Notes: generated by a model from the sequence alone, not told the origin. Shown: positions 29,595-40,101, numbered from the stretch's first letter. The stretch is 64,000 nt of DNA from Syntrophomonadaceae bacterium (GCA_007121075.1 SKMK01000042.1:2098-66097), one strand, 5' to 3'. Numbers and translations are program-made.

Positions 29595-29601
29595 GTAGCC
29601 C

Positions 29602-30486
29602 GTGGCTAGCCGGACGATTAAGGAAGCTCTGCAGGGAGCTTCTTTTTATTTGAAGGAAACAGGTATTGAAAATCCCCGCAAAGAGGCGGAATATCTGCTG
29701 GCCAGGATCATGAAACTGGACAGGCTTCAGCTGTTATTGCGCCAGGACGAGAATATTTCCCCGGAAATAAATGAAGCTTTCCAGGATGCTGTTAGGCGCA
29801 GGAGCCTTGAAGAACCGGCAGCCTATATTGCCGGAGAAAAGTATTTCTATGGCAACCGCTTTATGGTAAACAGTGATGTTTTAATTCCCAGGCCGGAAAC
29901 TGAGTTGATCGTGGATCTGGCCCTGGGAAAAGCCGGCTGGGTTAAAGCAGGGCCTAACAAGCGCATTTCCTGCGCAGATCTGGGCACGGGCAGCGGAGCA
30001 CTTGCGGTTACCCTTGCCTTGCTGCTGTCCGACTCGGAAGTTTGGGCGGTTGATATTTCGGAGGCTGCCCTGCAGGTAGCCAGGCTTAATGCACATAATC
30101 ATGGTGTGCACGGACGGATCCGGTTTTTTCGGGGCAATTTTTTTGAAGCCTTCGATCATTTAATAGAAAAACCCAAATTTGACCTGGTTGTTTCCAATCC
30201 GCCTTACCTGGACAAAAAGGAGATCAAAGACCTTCCCAAAGGGGTAAAAGATTATGAGCCGTTAAGGGCCCTGGACGGGGGGCCCGACGGGCTGGAAAGC
30301 TACCGCCGTATTCTTGGCCGGTTGGAAGAATATGCGGCTGCGCCGGCGGTTCTGCTGATGGAGGCCGGTGCCGGCCGGAAGCAAGAAATTGAAGCCCTCT
30401 GTTCTGAAACAGGGCTTTTCAGTTTAATAAACTGGCATAACGACCTGAACGGCTGGCCACGAGTTATAGAAGGAACCATGCCTTGA
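29602..30486 (+). CDS. prmC: Release factor glutamine methyltransferase PrmC (HemK)
   Basis: 294 aa with the NPPY motif (VVSNPPYL) and the SAM motif DLGTGSGA. It starts with GTG. Confidence 0.85.
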   Translation: MASRTIKEALQGASFYLKETGIENPRKEAEYLLARIMKLDRLQLLLRQDENISPEINEAFQDAVRRRSLEEPAAYIAGEKYFYGNRFMVNSDVLIPRPETELIVDLALGKAGWVKAGPNKRISCADLGTGSGALAVTLALLLSDSEVWAVDISEAALQVARLNAHNHGVHGRIRFFRGNFFEAFDHLIEKPKFDLVVSNPPYLDKKEIKDLPKGVKDYEPLRALDGGPDGLESYRRILGRLEEYAAAPAVLLMEAGAGRKQEIEALCSETGLFSLINWHNDLNGWPRVIEGTMP

Positions 30487-30506
30487 TATCGTTTATCACC
30501 GGCAGG

Positions 30507-30926
30507 TTAATTCAGCCTCTTGCCGGTGGAAGTTATGGTTAATTTTCCGTGCTTGACTCCTTTAACCCCAATCAACCTGCCGGCCAGCTCCCTGGCTTCG
30601 CTTGCCTTACCCTTGATAACCATAACTTCCAGGCAGTGATCGTGTTCCAAATGGACATGCATTACAGATATAATCATTTCGTGATGCTCATGCTGGAGCT
30701 CCAGCAGCATATCGCTCAAGCCGCGCACATGATGGTTGTATATAATGGTTACTGTACCCGCAACTTCTTCATCTTCCTGCGACCACTCCACTTCAACCAG
30801 CTGGGCCCTCACCAGGTTGCGGATTGCTTCTGAGCGGTTTGGATAGCCGTGTTTTACAATTTCCTGGTCCAGCCGGGCAAGCAGATCCTTTTCCATGGAT
30901 ATTCCAAAACGGATTAGTTCAGACAA
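30507..30926 (-). CDS. nikR: Nickel-responsive transcriptional regulator NikR
   Basis: An RHH N-terminus (ELIRFGISMEKDLLARLD...NRSEAIRNLV) and a C-terminal metal-binding domain with an H/C cluster (HHVR...HEHHEMIISVMHVHLEHDHCLEV). The in-frame TTG at 30926 is 11 nt after GGAGGTG. The longer track ORF was trimmed. Confidence 0.7.
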   Translation of the reverse strand: MSELIRFGISMEKDLLARLDQEIVKHGYPNRSEAIRNLVRAQLVEVEWSQEDEEVAGTVTIIYNHHVRGLSDMLLELQHEHHEMIISVMHVHLEHDHCLEVMVIKGKASEARELAGRLIGVKGVKHGKLTITSTGKRLN

Positions 30927-31191
30927 CCGTCCAACACCTCCAGAAATTTTGTCATGATTATAACACATTGAAAAAGGTAAAAGGCAGGATTGCGAAGAAT
31001 ACTTTAATTGTAAAGCTGTGATATCCCTGATTTAAGGTGCTGACAGTTATTTTGTCACACCTGGGAGCCTGTACATCCAGGAATCCGATTCGTGTAGCTC
31101 AAATAAATTGAAAAAACACCCTGTCTGCTTTATAATAATTGAAGTGAACAGCACTAAATCATAATATTCAGCTCCTCCGGGAGGTCAGCCA

Positions 31192-32793
31192 TTGTTCTGG
31201 GAAATCGCCTTTACTACACTGGGCGGCTTGGGCCTGTTTTTGTTTGGCATTCAAATGATGGCTTCCGGGATGCAGAAAGCGGCAGGAGATCGTTTTCGGC
31301 GGATCCTGGAGGTCCTGACTAATAAGCCGGTAATTGGTGTTATAACCGGAATTGTTGTTACTATCCTGGTTCAGAGCAGCAGTACTGCCAGTGTAATGGT
31401 CGTCGGTTTTGCCAATGCCGGGCTGATGAACCTTTCCCAGGCAATAAGCGTAATCATAGGCGCCAATGTAGGGACCACCGTTACTGCTCAGCTGGTTTCT
31501 TTCGAAATCTGGGTTATTGCCCTACCTGCAATCGGGATCGGTTCCCTCCTGAACTTCTTCGGAGTGCGCCGGTTCCAGCGCTATCTTGGGCAGACGGTGC
31601 TCGGACTGGGCTTGTTATTTTTAGGCATGATCACGATGTCTGAAGGAATGAGCCCCCTGCGAGATCTGGATGCCTTTTATGATATACTCATACTGTTCAG
31701 CCGCTATCCGGTTTTGGGTATCCTGGCCGGGGCTGTTTTTACAGCCCTGATCCAGAGCAGCAGCGCAGCGACCGGTGTAATTATCGCTTTAACCGTCCAG
31801 GACTTGATTCCCTTTGATTCTGCCGTTCCCCTTATTTTGGGCACCAACATCGGAACCAGCATTACGGCTATATTGGCCGGTACTGGCGCCAACGTAGCGG
31901 CGCGCCGGGCGGCGGCGGCCCATGTTGTTTTTAATGTTGTAGGTGTAATCCTGGTTCTCATATTCCTCGGCCCCTTTACCAGCATCATCGTGGAGACAGC
32001 TGAAACAGTTCCCAGGCAGGTGGCCAACACCCATACCGCGTTTAATGTTTTCAACACCCTGGTATTTTTGGTATTCCTGAAATATTTTAACCGGCTAATC
32101 TGCTATATGATTCCCGGTGAAGATTCAAAGGTGGATTTTGGGCCCAAATACCTGGACGCACGGATTATGAAAACACCGGCCGTAGCTATCGGCGGGGCCA
32201 AACAGGAGCTACTGCGCATGGCCGGTATTGCCCGGGAAATGCTGGACGAATCGATGCAGGTTTTTCTTAACAAGGACCTTAAAAAAATTAAGCACATCGA
32301 TCAGATGGAAGAATTAATCGATGGCCTGGAAAAAGAGATTAACGTTTACCTTTCAGAGCTTTCGCAGCATTCCATGTCTCAGCAGCAGACTAAAATGGTG
32401 AGTAACCTGATGTCGGCGGCAAACGACCTGGAACGCATTGGCGATCATGCTGAAAACATCATGCAGCTTGGAGAAATGAAGACCGAAGAAAGACTCCCCT
32501 TTACCAACGTGGCTCAGGAAGAAATTAAGGAATTTAGTTCCAAAGTTGCTTCTATGCTTAACAGGGCGGTATTTGCTTTTGAACATGTCGATAAAGATAT
32601 GGCCGCCGAAGTTGTTGCCGAAGATGACGAGATTGATGCCCAGGAAAAAAATCTACGCAATAAGCATATTGATCGCATTAATACAAAACTATGCCATCCC
32701 GCGTCAGGAGTTATCTACCTCGATTTGCTCAGCAACCTGGAAAGAGTTGCCGATCATGCCAAGAATATCGCCGAACTTGTTTTAGAAGAATAA
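31192..32793 (+). CDS. Na/Pi-cotransporter family protein with C-terminal PhoU-like domains
   Basis: 533 aa. The N-terminal half is membrane-embedded with repeated QSSSA motifs. The C-terminal half is soluble with two PhoU-like repeats (ERIGDHAENI / ERVADHAKNI). Confidence 0.75.
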   Translation: MFWEIAFTTLGGLGLFLFGIQMMASGMQKAAGDRFRRILEVLTNKPVIGVITGIVVTILVQSSSTASVMVVGFANAGLMNLSQAISVIIGANVGTTVTAQLVSFEIWVIALPAIGIGSLLNFFGVRRFQRYLGQTVLGLGLLFLGMITMSEGMSPLRDLDAFYDILILFSRYPVLGILAGAVFTALIQSSSAATGVIIALTVQDLIPFDSAVPLILGTNIGTSITAILAGTGANVAARRAAAAHVVFNVVGVILVLIFLGPFTSIIVETAETVPRQVANTHTAFNVFNTLVFLVFLKYFNRLICYMIPGEDSKVDFGPKYLDARIMKTPAVAIGGAKQELLRMAGIAREMLDESMQVFLNKDLKKIKHIDQMEELIDGLEKEINVYLSELSQHSMSQQQTKMVSNLMSAANDLERIGDHAENIMQLGEMKTEERLPFTNVAQEEIKEFSSKVASMLNRAVFAFEHVDKDMAAEVVAEDDEIDAQEKNLRNKHIDRINTKLCHPASGVIYLDLLSNLERVADHAKNIAELVLEE

Positions 32794-32818
32794 TTTACCT
32801 GAAAGTAGAGGATGTTTA

Positions 32819-33859
32819 ATGCCCGCATCTATTAAAGGCACACTGCTCCTCGATGAAAATCATCTTTCGCTTAAAAAAGCGGCAAATATTATTAACCGGG
32901 GAGGCCTGGTTGCATTCCCCACGGAAACTGTTTATGGCCTGGGAGCTGCGGCCACCGATCCTGAGGCTGTAAACCGCATTTATGAAGCAAAAGGTCGTCC
33001 TGCGGACAATCCGCTCATAGTCCATGTCTCAGATCCTGCCCAGCTAAAAACTGTGGCCCGGGATATTCCAAAAAAAGCTTTTAAACTGACGGATCGGTTT
33101 TGGCCCGGTCCGTTGAGCCTGGTCCTCCCCCGCGCGAAAGGGATACCGGCCCTGGTATCGGCCGGGCTTCCATCGGTCGCTGTGCGGATGCCCGACCACC
33201 GGACCGCCCTTGAGCTGATCCGTTTATCCGGTGTCCCTATCGCCGCTCCCAGTGCCAATCGATCGGGCAAAACCAGCCCGACTACTTACCGGCATGTCCT
33301 TGAAGATCTTACCGGCCGGATAGAAGCTGTTATCAAGAGCGCACCCTGTTCGGTTGGAGTCGAATCTACCGTCCTTGATTTAACCGGCAAGGCACCCTTG
33401 ATATTAAGGCCCGGTGGTGTTTCAAGGGAAGAACTTGAAGAAACACTGGGCTGCCGGGTGGCTGTAGCCGGGCTAAAAAGCCATCCCGGAAAACCCCTTT
33501 CGCCAGGTATGAAATACCGCCACTACTCGCCCAGGGCCGCATTGATCCTGGTTGCCGGACCTCCAGAAAAAAGGTCTGCCCTGGTTAAGGCTTTTGCTTA
33601 CCGTTACCGGAGTTTTGGTTTTAAAGTGGGTTACCTTAACCCTTCAATTCGCGGTAATTTGAAGCAAAAAGATGATCCGGAGCGCCTGGCAGCAACCTTG
33701 TATGAGTCAATGCGCAGGATGGATCAGCAGGGGATCGATATTATCCTGGCTGAAGAAATAGAGATTACCGGAATCGGACTGGCTGTAATGAACCGTCTAA
33801 AAAAAGCTGCAACAAGGACATTGCGGGTCGGGTCAGGAAAGTTACAAAGGAAAAGTTAA
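32819..33859 (+). CDS. tsaC: L-threonylcarbamoyladenylate synthase (Sua5/TsaC/YwlC family)
   Basis: A YrdC domain (VAFPTETVYGLGA...GRPADNPLIVHV) plus a Sua5 C-terminal domain. Confidence 0.85.
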   Translation: MPASIKGTLLLDENHLSLKKAANIINRGGLVAFPTETVYGLGAAATDPEAVNRIYEAKGRPADNPLIVHVSDPAQLKTVARDIPKKAFKLTDRFWPGPLSLVLPRAKGIPALVSAGLPSVAVRMPDHRTALELIRLSGVPIAAPSANRSGKTSPTTYRHVLEDLTGRIEAVIKSAPCSVGVESTVLDLTGKAPLILRPGGVSREELEETLGCRVAVAGLKSHPGKPLSPGMKYRHYSPRAALILVAGPPEKRSALVKAFAYRYRSFGFKVGYLNPSIRGNLKQKDDPERLAATLYESMRRMDQQGIDIILAEEIEITGIGLAVMNRLKKAATRTLRVGSGKLQRKS

Positions 33860-33885
33860 GTGATAGCAATGAAGGAGGGATGGTC

Positions 33886-34395
33886 ATGTTAAAAGTGCTC
33901 TTTGTCTGCACCGGCAATACCTGCCGCAGCCCGATGGCGGAAGCTCTTTTTAATAATGACCCTACCCGTGACTGTTTGCCTTATAAGGTTACCGCTTCAT
34001 CTGCCGGAATCTCTGCCCTGGAAGGCGAGAAAGCATCCCCCCAGGCGCGCCGGCTGTTAAACCGTGAAGGGATAGAAGCCCTGGAACACCACAGTGCCAG
34101 GGCAGTCAGGCGGGAAATTGTCGATGATGCCGACATTATCCTGGTCATGACCGGTGATCATCTGAAGAGGCTGCTTGATCTTTATCCTCACCTTGGAAAC
34201 AAAATCTTTACTTTGAAAGAGTTTGCTTCACTGGACCGGGAGGACAATGATATTGGCGATCCGCTCGGAAACGATATTGAAAAATACCGGGAAGTATTAG
34301 AGGAAATCAAGGTCTGTATCAAGAAAGTAACGGCTAAGCTATTGGCAGGCAGTGAAAATGAAGGGCGGGGAAAAAATGAAAATTGCAGTGGGTAG
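33886..34395 (+). CDS. ywlE: Low-molecular-weight protein tyrosine/arginine phosphatase (YwlE-like)
   Basis: The CX5R P-loop VLFVCTGNTCRSPMAEA and a DP motif. The ATG at 33886 is 7 nt after ggagg. Confidence 0.8.
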   Translation: MLKVLFVCTGNTCRSPMAEALFNNDPTRDCLPYKVTASSAGISALEGEKASPQARRLLNREGIEALEHHSARAVRREIVDDADIILVMTGDHLKRLLDLYPHLGNKIFTLKEFASLDREDNDIGDPLGNDIEKYREVLEEIKVCIKKVTAKLLAGSENEGRGKNENCSG

Positions 34396-34813
34396 CGATC
34401 ATGCCGGGTTCCGCTTAAAAGAACAGGTGTGCAAATATCTCGAAGGGCAGGCTTTTACCTGTAAAGATCTTGGTGTATTTTCTGAAGAAAGTGCTGATTA
34501 CCCGGATCTGGCCCTTGCTGTGGCTTCGGCTGTCCAGTCCGGTGAATACGACTATGGTATTCTGATTTGCGGCACCGGAATCGGTATGTCCATTGCTGCA
34601 AATAAGAATACCGGCATCAGGGCGGCCCTGTGCGGGGACCCGTATTCTGCAAAGTGTGCCAGGGAGCACAACAACGCCAATATCCTGACTATGGGGTCAA
34701 GGGTAATCGGTCCCGGGCTGGCCATGGAGATTGTCGCTCAGTTTTTCAACACCGCCTTTTCCGGGGGCAGGCACAGCAACCGCCTCCACAAAATTGAGAA
34801 GCTGGAAACATAG
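34376..34813 (+). CDS. rpiB: Ribose-5-phosphate isomerase B
   Basis: MKIAVGSDHAGF...LICGTGIGMSIAANK... is the RpiB/LacAB signature. Confidence 0.85.
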   Translation: MKIAVGSDHAGFRLKEQVCKYLEGQAFTCKDLGVFSEESADYPDLALAVASAVQSGEYDYGILICGTGIGMSIAANKNTGIRAALCGDPYSAKCAREHNNANILTMGSRVIGPGLAMEIVAQFFNTAFSGGRHSNRLHKIEKLET

Positions 34814-34934
34814 AATATAAAGGGTAGAACCCGCACGTATGCTTTATTTGCATAACCGGTATTGTTTTTAGTGAAAACGTTTCCTGATCCTGCTCCGGCA
34901 GCGTATTAATCACTACTTAGTCAGGGGGGTATAA

Positions 34935-35381
34935 TTGGGAGAAAGGCCTGATTGGGACCACTATTTTATGCAGATAGCTACTGTCGTTTCTTCTCGCTCT
35001 ACCTGCGTGAGACGGCAAGTAGGGGCTCTGCTGGTTTTAAATAAAAGGATCCTGACAACCGGTTACAACGGTGCGCCGGGCGGCCTGACTCATTGCGGAG
35101 AAGTAGGATGCCTTCGCCAGGAAATGCAGGTGCCCTCCGGGGAAAGGCATGAGCTGTGTCGGGGGCTTCATGCCGAGCAAAATGCTATTATTCAAGCCGC
35201 CGTGCACGGTGTTGCCATTAAAGATTCTGTTTTATACTGTACCCATTATCCCTGTGCCGTTTGTGCCAAAATGCTGGTTAATGCCGGCATAGATTCCCTT
35301 GTACTGGCTGAAAATTACCCGGATACCCTGGCCAAAAAAATTTTTTCGGAAGCTGGAATTGGGGTAAAATTTATAGTATAA
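34935..35381 (+). CDS. dCMP/cytidine deaminase (ComEB-like)
   Basis: HAEQNAI and [14 protein letters not shown] are the zinc-binding CDA motifs. About 148 aa. Confidence 0.8.
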   Translation: MGERPDWDHYFMQIATVVSSRSTCVRRQVGALLVLNKRILTTGYNGAPGGLTHCGEVGCLRQEMQVPSGERHELCRGLHAEQNAIIQAAVHGVAIKDSVLYCTHYPCAVCAKMLVNAGIDSLVLAENYPDTLAKKIFSEAGIGVKFIV

Positions 35382-35585
35382 TATGCGCTGAATGTTAACT
35401 ACCCCATGCTTAAGATGTCTGCTAATATAATATAGTGTTTTATTTCTTAGCTTAGTTATGGTAAATGGATAAGTTTAACAATCAGCTAATAGTGGCCCGG
35501 TTTATTTTTGTTCTGTTAACAATCAAGGCACGAACCTGGTCTTTATACATACAGGCAGCAATATAGCGACAGGTGGTGAAAGAGC

Positions 35586-35912
35586 TTGACAGTCGAACTG
35601 GTTAAGTCAATCAAGGAAGCAGAAAGCAAAGCTGAATCGATCATCCGCGAAGCTAAGCAGGAAGCTCGCAAAATGCAAAAAGATGCTGCGGCCAGGGCTG
35701 AAGAAATCATGGAAAAAGCTGTGGCCGAAGCGGAAGAGCAGGCCAGGGATTTAATTAAAAAAGCGGAAGAAGAAGCCAGAGTTGAATCGGAACCACTGGT
35801 AAAGGAACGCGAAGAAGAAGTAGAGCAGCTGAAAGAAAAAGCAGCGGAGCGTATGCCCGAAGCGGTAGCCCTGATTAAGAACAAGGTTGTGAAAACTGAT
35901 GCCGATCATTGA
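35586..35912 (+). CDS. V/A-type ATPase peripheral-stalk subunit (G/H-like small coiled-coil protein)
   Basis: A 108-aa, all-helical, E/A/K-rich protein that is the first gene of the V-type operon. It has a TTG start 10 nt after aggtgg. Confidence 0.55.
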   Translation: MTVELVKSIKEAESKAESIIREAKQEARKMQKDAAARAEEIMEKAVAEAEEQARDLIKKAEEEARVESEPLVKEREEEVEQLKEKAAERMPEAVALIKNKVVKTDADH

Positions 35913-37851
35913 TATGAAAAAAGTTTATCTCCTGGGTCATCGGCAGGAAAGGGAAAAAATCTTCAACCTCCTGCATGGAATGGGCACAGTGGAATTGGTC
36001 GATGTTAAATCGGGCGAGGGATGGAAAGAATTTCAAGAACTTCTTAAACCGGAACAGCCTCCAGAGGATATTTCCAAGGTTGACAGCAAGCGCAGTGATA
36101 TTCGCTTTTGCCTTGATTTTTTTCAGCGTCATTTTCCGGTTCGTAAAAGCATGATTGAGCAGTTTACGGGCAGCAGGCTCGACTTAACCGGTGAACAGTT
36201 CAACAATTACATCAAAACTCTTGAGCAAGTTGAAGAAATCCACCGGGCCTGCCGTGAGGCAGAAGAAAATTTAGTTCGTATCCGCAATGAAGAAACCCAG
36301 TCCCAGAATTTGATTGAAGACCTTAAACCCTGGGTTTCCCTTGATCTGCCCCTGGAAGAGGTTGAAGAGGGATCCTGGACCATGATGGATTTGTTCATTG
36401 TCCCCATCGAGCAATATTCCGCCCTGCAGGAGAACCTTATTGAAACTGTTTCCGAGCATTGCCTGGATGAAGTTTTCTCCGATGGTGAAAATGTTTATTT
36501 CTTTTTCTCCGCCCTTGCCGAAAAAAAGCAGGTTATAGATGAGCTTTTCAGAGGTAAAGCGGTTACAAGGGCCAGTTTTCCCGATGTTTCCGGAACTCCT
36601 TCGGACATTCTCGATTCGTTAAATGAAAAGCTGGAAGAATTGAGGCAGGAAAGAAGTGCTGTTTTAAATGAAGTAGAGAAACTGCTTGTTCATCGCCCCA
36701 TGTTAATGGCCTGCTACGATTACATGGACAACGAACATGCGAAACACCAGGCAGTGGCCAGCCTTGCCGGTACCGATAACAGCTTTTTGCTGGAAGGTTG
36801 GGCCCCGGTTCCTGTTATGGACGATTTAGAAACAACTGTCAGTGAGAAAACGGAAACGGCGATCCTGACTTCGAGGGACCCTGAACCCGATGAAGACGTT
36901 CCGGTGCTTTTACATAACAAGGGGCCGGCTGATCCCTATGAAGTGGTGACCAGGCTTTACAGCACTCCCAAGAAACATGAACTTGATCCTACTCCTTTTA
37001 TGGCCCCGTTTTTTTTCTTGTTTTTCGGTATCTGCCTTTCCGATGCCGGTTACGGCATTATGCTGGGCCTGCTTGCCTTCTACCTGTATCGTAAGCTCAC
37101 TCTTGGCCAGTCGGGCCGGCAGCTGTTGAAATTATTGATGCTCGGCGGGATTTCCGCTTTTGCTTTCGGGATCCTGTTGGGGGGTTATTTCGGAGATTTA
37201 ATTGAGCTGCCGCCATTGCTGTTCGATCCTCTTGAAGAACCGATGACCATGTTAATCGCCGCCCTGGGTATTGGGCTGTTCCAGGTTTACTTTGGGATGG
37301 GTCTGCAGGCTTACCGCAATATGAAGGGCGGAAAGCCAATGGATGCCCTGTATGACCAGGGTTTCTGGTTCCTGTTTTTAAATGGCCTGATCCTGCTCGT
37401 AGTTGGAATTATTCCTCCTATCGGACTATGGATGACTATTGCGGGTGCCGCCGGGCTGGTTTTAACCCAGGGCCGATCGCAACACAGTGTGATCCTGAAA
37501 TTTTTCAGCGGCCTGTTGAGCCTTTACAACGTAACCCAGTACTTGAGCGACGTGCTGTCCTACTCCCGTTTGTTCGCCCTGGGACTGGCTTCTGTTGTTA
37601 TCGGCATGGTTGTGAATTCGGTCGGCGAGCTGGCTGCCGGATCCATTATCGGTTATGTCGTCTTGGTTATAATCCTGATCGGCGGCCATTTCTTCAACAT
37701 GATTATCAGTACCTTGAGTTCTTATGTGCATACCAGCCGCCTGCAGTACCTGGAATTCTTCAACAAATTTTTTGAAGGTGGCGGAAGGTCATTCCAACCT
37801 TTTAGGGTGAAGAACAATTACGTCGATATTGTCGAATCAGAAGAAAGTTGA
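35899..37851 (+). CDS. ntpI: V/A-type ATPase subunit I (a subunit)
   Basis: 650 aa with a soluble coiled-coil N-half and a C-terminal multi-TM half. The N-terminus MPIIDMKKVYLLGHRQ is typical. Confidence 0.85.
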   Translation: MPIIDMKKVYLLGHRQEREKIFNLLHGMGTVELVDVKSGEGWKEFQELLKPEQPPEDISKVDSKRSDIRFCLDFFQRHFPVRKSMIEQFTGSRLDLTGEQFNNYIKTLEQVEEIHRACREAEENLVRIRNEETQSQNLIEDLKPWVSLDLPLEEVEEGSWTMMDLFIVPIEQYSALQENLIETVSEHCLDEVFSDGENVYFFFSALAEKKQVIDELFRGKAVTRASFPDVSGTPSDILDSLNEKLEELRQERSAVLNEVEKLLVHRPMLMACYDYMDNEHAKHQAVASLAGTDNSFLLEGWAPVPVMDDLETTVSEKTETAILTSRDPEPDEDVPVLLHNKGPADPYEVVTRLYSTPKKHELDPTPFMAPFFFLFFGICLSDAGYGIMLGLLAFYLYRKLTLGQSGRQLLKLLMLGGISAFAFGILLGGYFGDLIELPPLLFDPLEEPMTMLIAALGIGLFQVYFGMGLQAYRNMKGGKPMDALYDQGFWFLFLNGLILLVVGIIPPIGLWMTIAGAAGLVLTQGRSQHSVILKFFSGLLSLYNVTQYLSDVLSYSRLFALGLASVVIGMVVNSVGELAAGSIIGYVVLVIILIGGHFFNMIISTLSSYVHTSRLQYLEFFNKFFEGGGRSFQPFRVKNNYVDIVESEES

Positions 37852-37958
37852 AAAACAGACTTCAGGCTCGTTCTTTGCAGAAACAGGTAATTTCTGATTC
37901 CTGGTTGTTCACTGGAGATATTACATAATTGATAGAACAAAAAAGGAGGCTTTAAAAA

Positions 37959-38429
37959 ATGGAAGGAATTGAAATAGCAATGCTGGGAGTGGCCCTGGCG
38001 GTTGGTTTAGCCGGAAGCGGCTCGGCAATCGGGATCGGGATTGTCGGCCAGAGCGCTTGCGGCCTGATCTCTGAAGATCCGGACAAGTTTGGGCAAACTC
38101 TTTTATTACAGGCTCTTCCGGGCACCCAGGGTATATATGGGCTCCTGGCCGGTTTCCTGATCATGCAGGATATCGGCATTGTCGGTGAAGAGCTGGTAGA
38201 ACTAACTGTCTGGCAGGGCTATGCTTTTTTGATGGCGGCACTGCCGATTGCTATTGCCGGCTTTAGTTCCGGTATTTACCAGGGCAGGGTCCTGGCATCG
38301 TCAATAAACCTGATTGCCAAAAGGCCGGAAGAAATGGGTAAAGGGATTGTATACGCCGTTATGGTCGAAACTTACGCTGTATTCGCCCTTTTGGCCACAA
38401 TCTTAATGCTGTTCGGTATAGATCTTTAG
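37959..38429 (+). CDS. ntpK: V/A-type ATPase proteolipid subunit K (c, 4-TM duplicated form)
   Basis: 156 aa with 4 TM segments and a conserved Glu in TM4 (MVETYA). TM2 carries GTQGIYG and TM3 carries IYQG. Confidence 0.85.
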   Translation: MEGIEIAMLGVALAVGLAGSGSAIGIGIVGQSACGLISEDPDKFGQTLLLQALPGTQGIYGLLAGFLIMQDIGIVGEELVELTVWQGYAFLMAALPIAIAGFSSGIYQGRVLASSINLIAKRPEEMGKGIVYAVMVETYAVFALLATILMLFGIDL

Positions 38430-38456
38430 AACCGACTGCTTAAAGGAGTGAGTTAC

Positions 38457-39059
38457 TTGAAAGAAGGTGCGGACAGGATCATCCAGCGTGTCCTGGATGA
38501 TGCGCAGGCCAGGGCCGACTCGATAAAAGCTGAGGCTGCTGAAAAAACCGAAGCTGTAGAATCCGAAGCCAAAGAAAAGGCCAACCGGAGAAAGGATCAA
38601 ATCCTTGAACAGGCGCGTAAATCGGCGGCTGAACAAAAGAGCCGCATTATCGGCATGGCCCAGCTTGAAGCGCGCAAGAAGCTGCTGGCCGCCAAGCAGG
38701 AATTGATTGGCGAAGCCTTCCAGAGAGCTTTAGATGAACTGTCGATCCTGGATGGCCGGGATTATCTTGCTATTATCCATGATCTTTTGCTGGAAATGAC
38801 TGATACCGGTACAGAGACAGTCATTTTTAACGAGCGCGATCAAAAAAGAATTACAGAGGATTTTTGGAAAGAGGTAAACAAGAGCCTGACTGACCAGGGA
38901 AAGAAAGGGGAACTGGGTCTTTCGGAAGAAACCAGGACTATTAAAGGCGGCTTTATACTTCAGAGAGGTGGCTTGGAAATGAACTGTTCCTTTGAATCCC
39001 TTCTGAAGAGGAAAAGAGATGAACTGGAATATGGAGTAGCCGAGCTGCTATTTAAATAA
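38457..39059 (+). CDS. ntpE: V/A-type ATPase subunit E
   Basis: About 200 aa with a helical N-half (RIIQRVLDDAQARADSIKAEA...) and a globular C-half. A TTG start. Confidence 0.75.
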   Translation: MKEGADRIIQRVLDDAQARADSIKAEAAEKTEAVESEAKEKANRRKDQILEQARKSAAEQKSRIIGMAQLEARKKLLAAKQELIGEAFQRALDELSILDGRDYLAIIHDLLLEMTDTGTETVIFNERDQKRITEDFWKEVNKSLTDQGKKGELGLSEETRTIKGGFILQRGGLEMNCSFESLLKRKRDELEYGVAELLFK

Positions 39060-39096
39060 CAGGCAAGCTTTCCTCAAGGAAAGGAGAGCATAGGAT

Positions 39097-40101
39097 ATGA
39101 TTATTGATGATACAATTTATGGCTATGCGGTAGCGCGGGTAAAGGCCATGGAAACGCACCTGCTTGATCAAGGCCAGTTTGAGAGGATGATCAATTCCTC
39201 CACAACAGAAGAGGCTTTAAAAGTCCTGTCTGAAACGGGGTACTCCGCCGCTGTAGCAGAACTGGATGATGTCCATAACTTTGAAAATATTTTAGCGGAT
39301 GAATTGAGCTACATTTTTAATACCGTTCTTAAGATCAGCCCTATTCCCGAACTGATCGGGATGCTGGCCTTGCGGTATGACATCCATAACCTGAAGGTAC
39401 TGTTCAAAGCTAAATTTCTGGGGGTTAAAAGTGATCTTTTAATCCCGGTTGGTTCCATGGACTTATCCAAGTTGGAAAACGCTGTCAGTGAAGATAATTT
39501 CCTGTTGCTGCCTGAAAAGCTGCGCCGGGCCGCCAACGTTATTAATGAAGACTTTATGATCAACCGTGACCCCCAGATTATCGATTTGATCCTGGACCGG
39601 GTCCTTTATGATCAGCTGATTGATGCCGCCAGGGAACATAATGCACCATTTTTGGAGGGAATGTTTGTCAGGCAGATCGATTTAACCAACCTGAAAACAT
39701 TGATTCGGGTTAAGCGAATGGGCCTGAGCAGGGATTTCCTGGCCAGGGTCCTGCTGCCGAATGGAACACTGGCCGTCGACCGGCTGACGGCCATGATCGA
39801 AGAACCCCTGGAGTCCTTAATTTCAATGCTTGCCATAAGCGATTATGCCGACCTGGTTGGTGAAGGGGTGAGGGAGTGGTCGGAAAAAGGTTCGGCCTCA
39901 ACCCTGGAAAAACTATCTGATGATTATATAACCACTTACCTTAAAGAAGGAAAGTGGGTGCCCTTCGGCGTGGAACCCCTGGTTGGTTACCTGTGGGCCA
40001 AAGAAATAGAGATCAAAAATATCCGCATTGTTTTGGTGGGCAAGATTAACAGGCTGCCTGCTGAATCGATCAGGGAGCGAATTAGAGATGCCTACATATA
40101 A
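39097..40101 (+). CDS. ntpC: V/A-type ATPase subunit C (d subunit)
   Basis: 334 aa, all-alpha, in the operon position after E. Confidence 0.75.
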   Translation: MIIDDTIYGYAVARVKAMETHLLDQGQFERMINSSTTEEALKVLSETGYSAAVAELDDVHNFENILADELSYIFNTVLKISPIPELIGMLALRYDIHNLKVLFKAKFLGVKSDLLIPVGSMDLSKLENAVSEDNFLLLPEKLRRAANVINEDFMINRDPQIIDLILDRVLYDQLIDAAREHNAPFLEGMFVRQIDLTNLKTLIRVKRMGLSRDFLARVLLPNGTLAVDRLTAMIEEPLESLISMLAISDYADLVGEGVREWSEKGSASTLEKLSDDYITTYLKEGKWVPFGVEPLVGYLWAKEIEIKNIRIVLVGKINRLPAESIRERIRDAYI

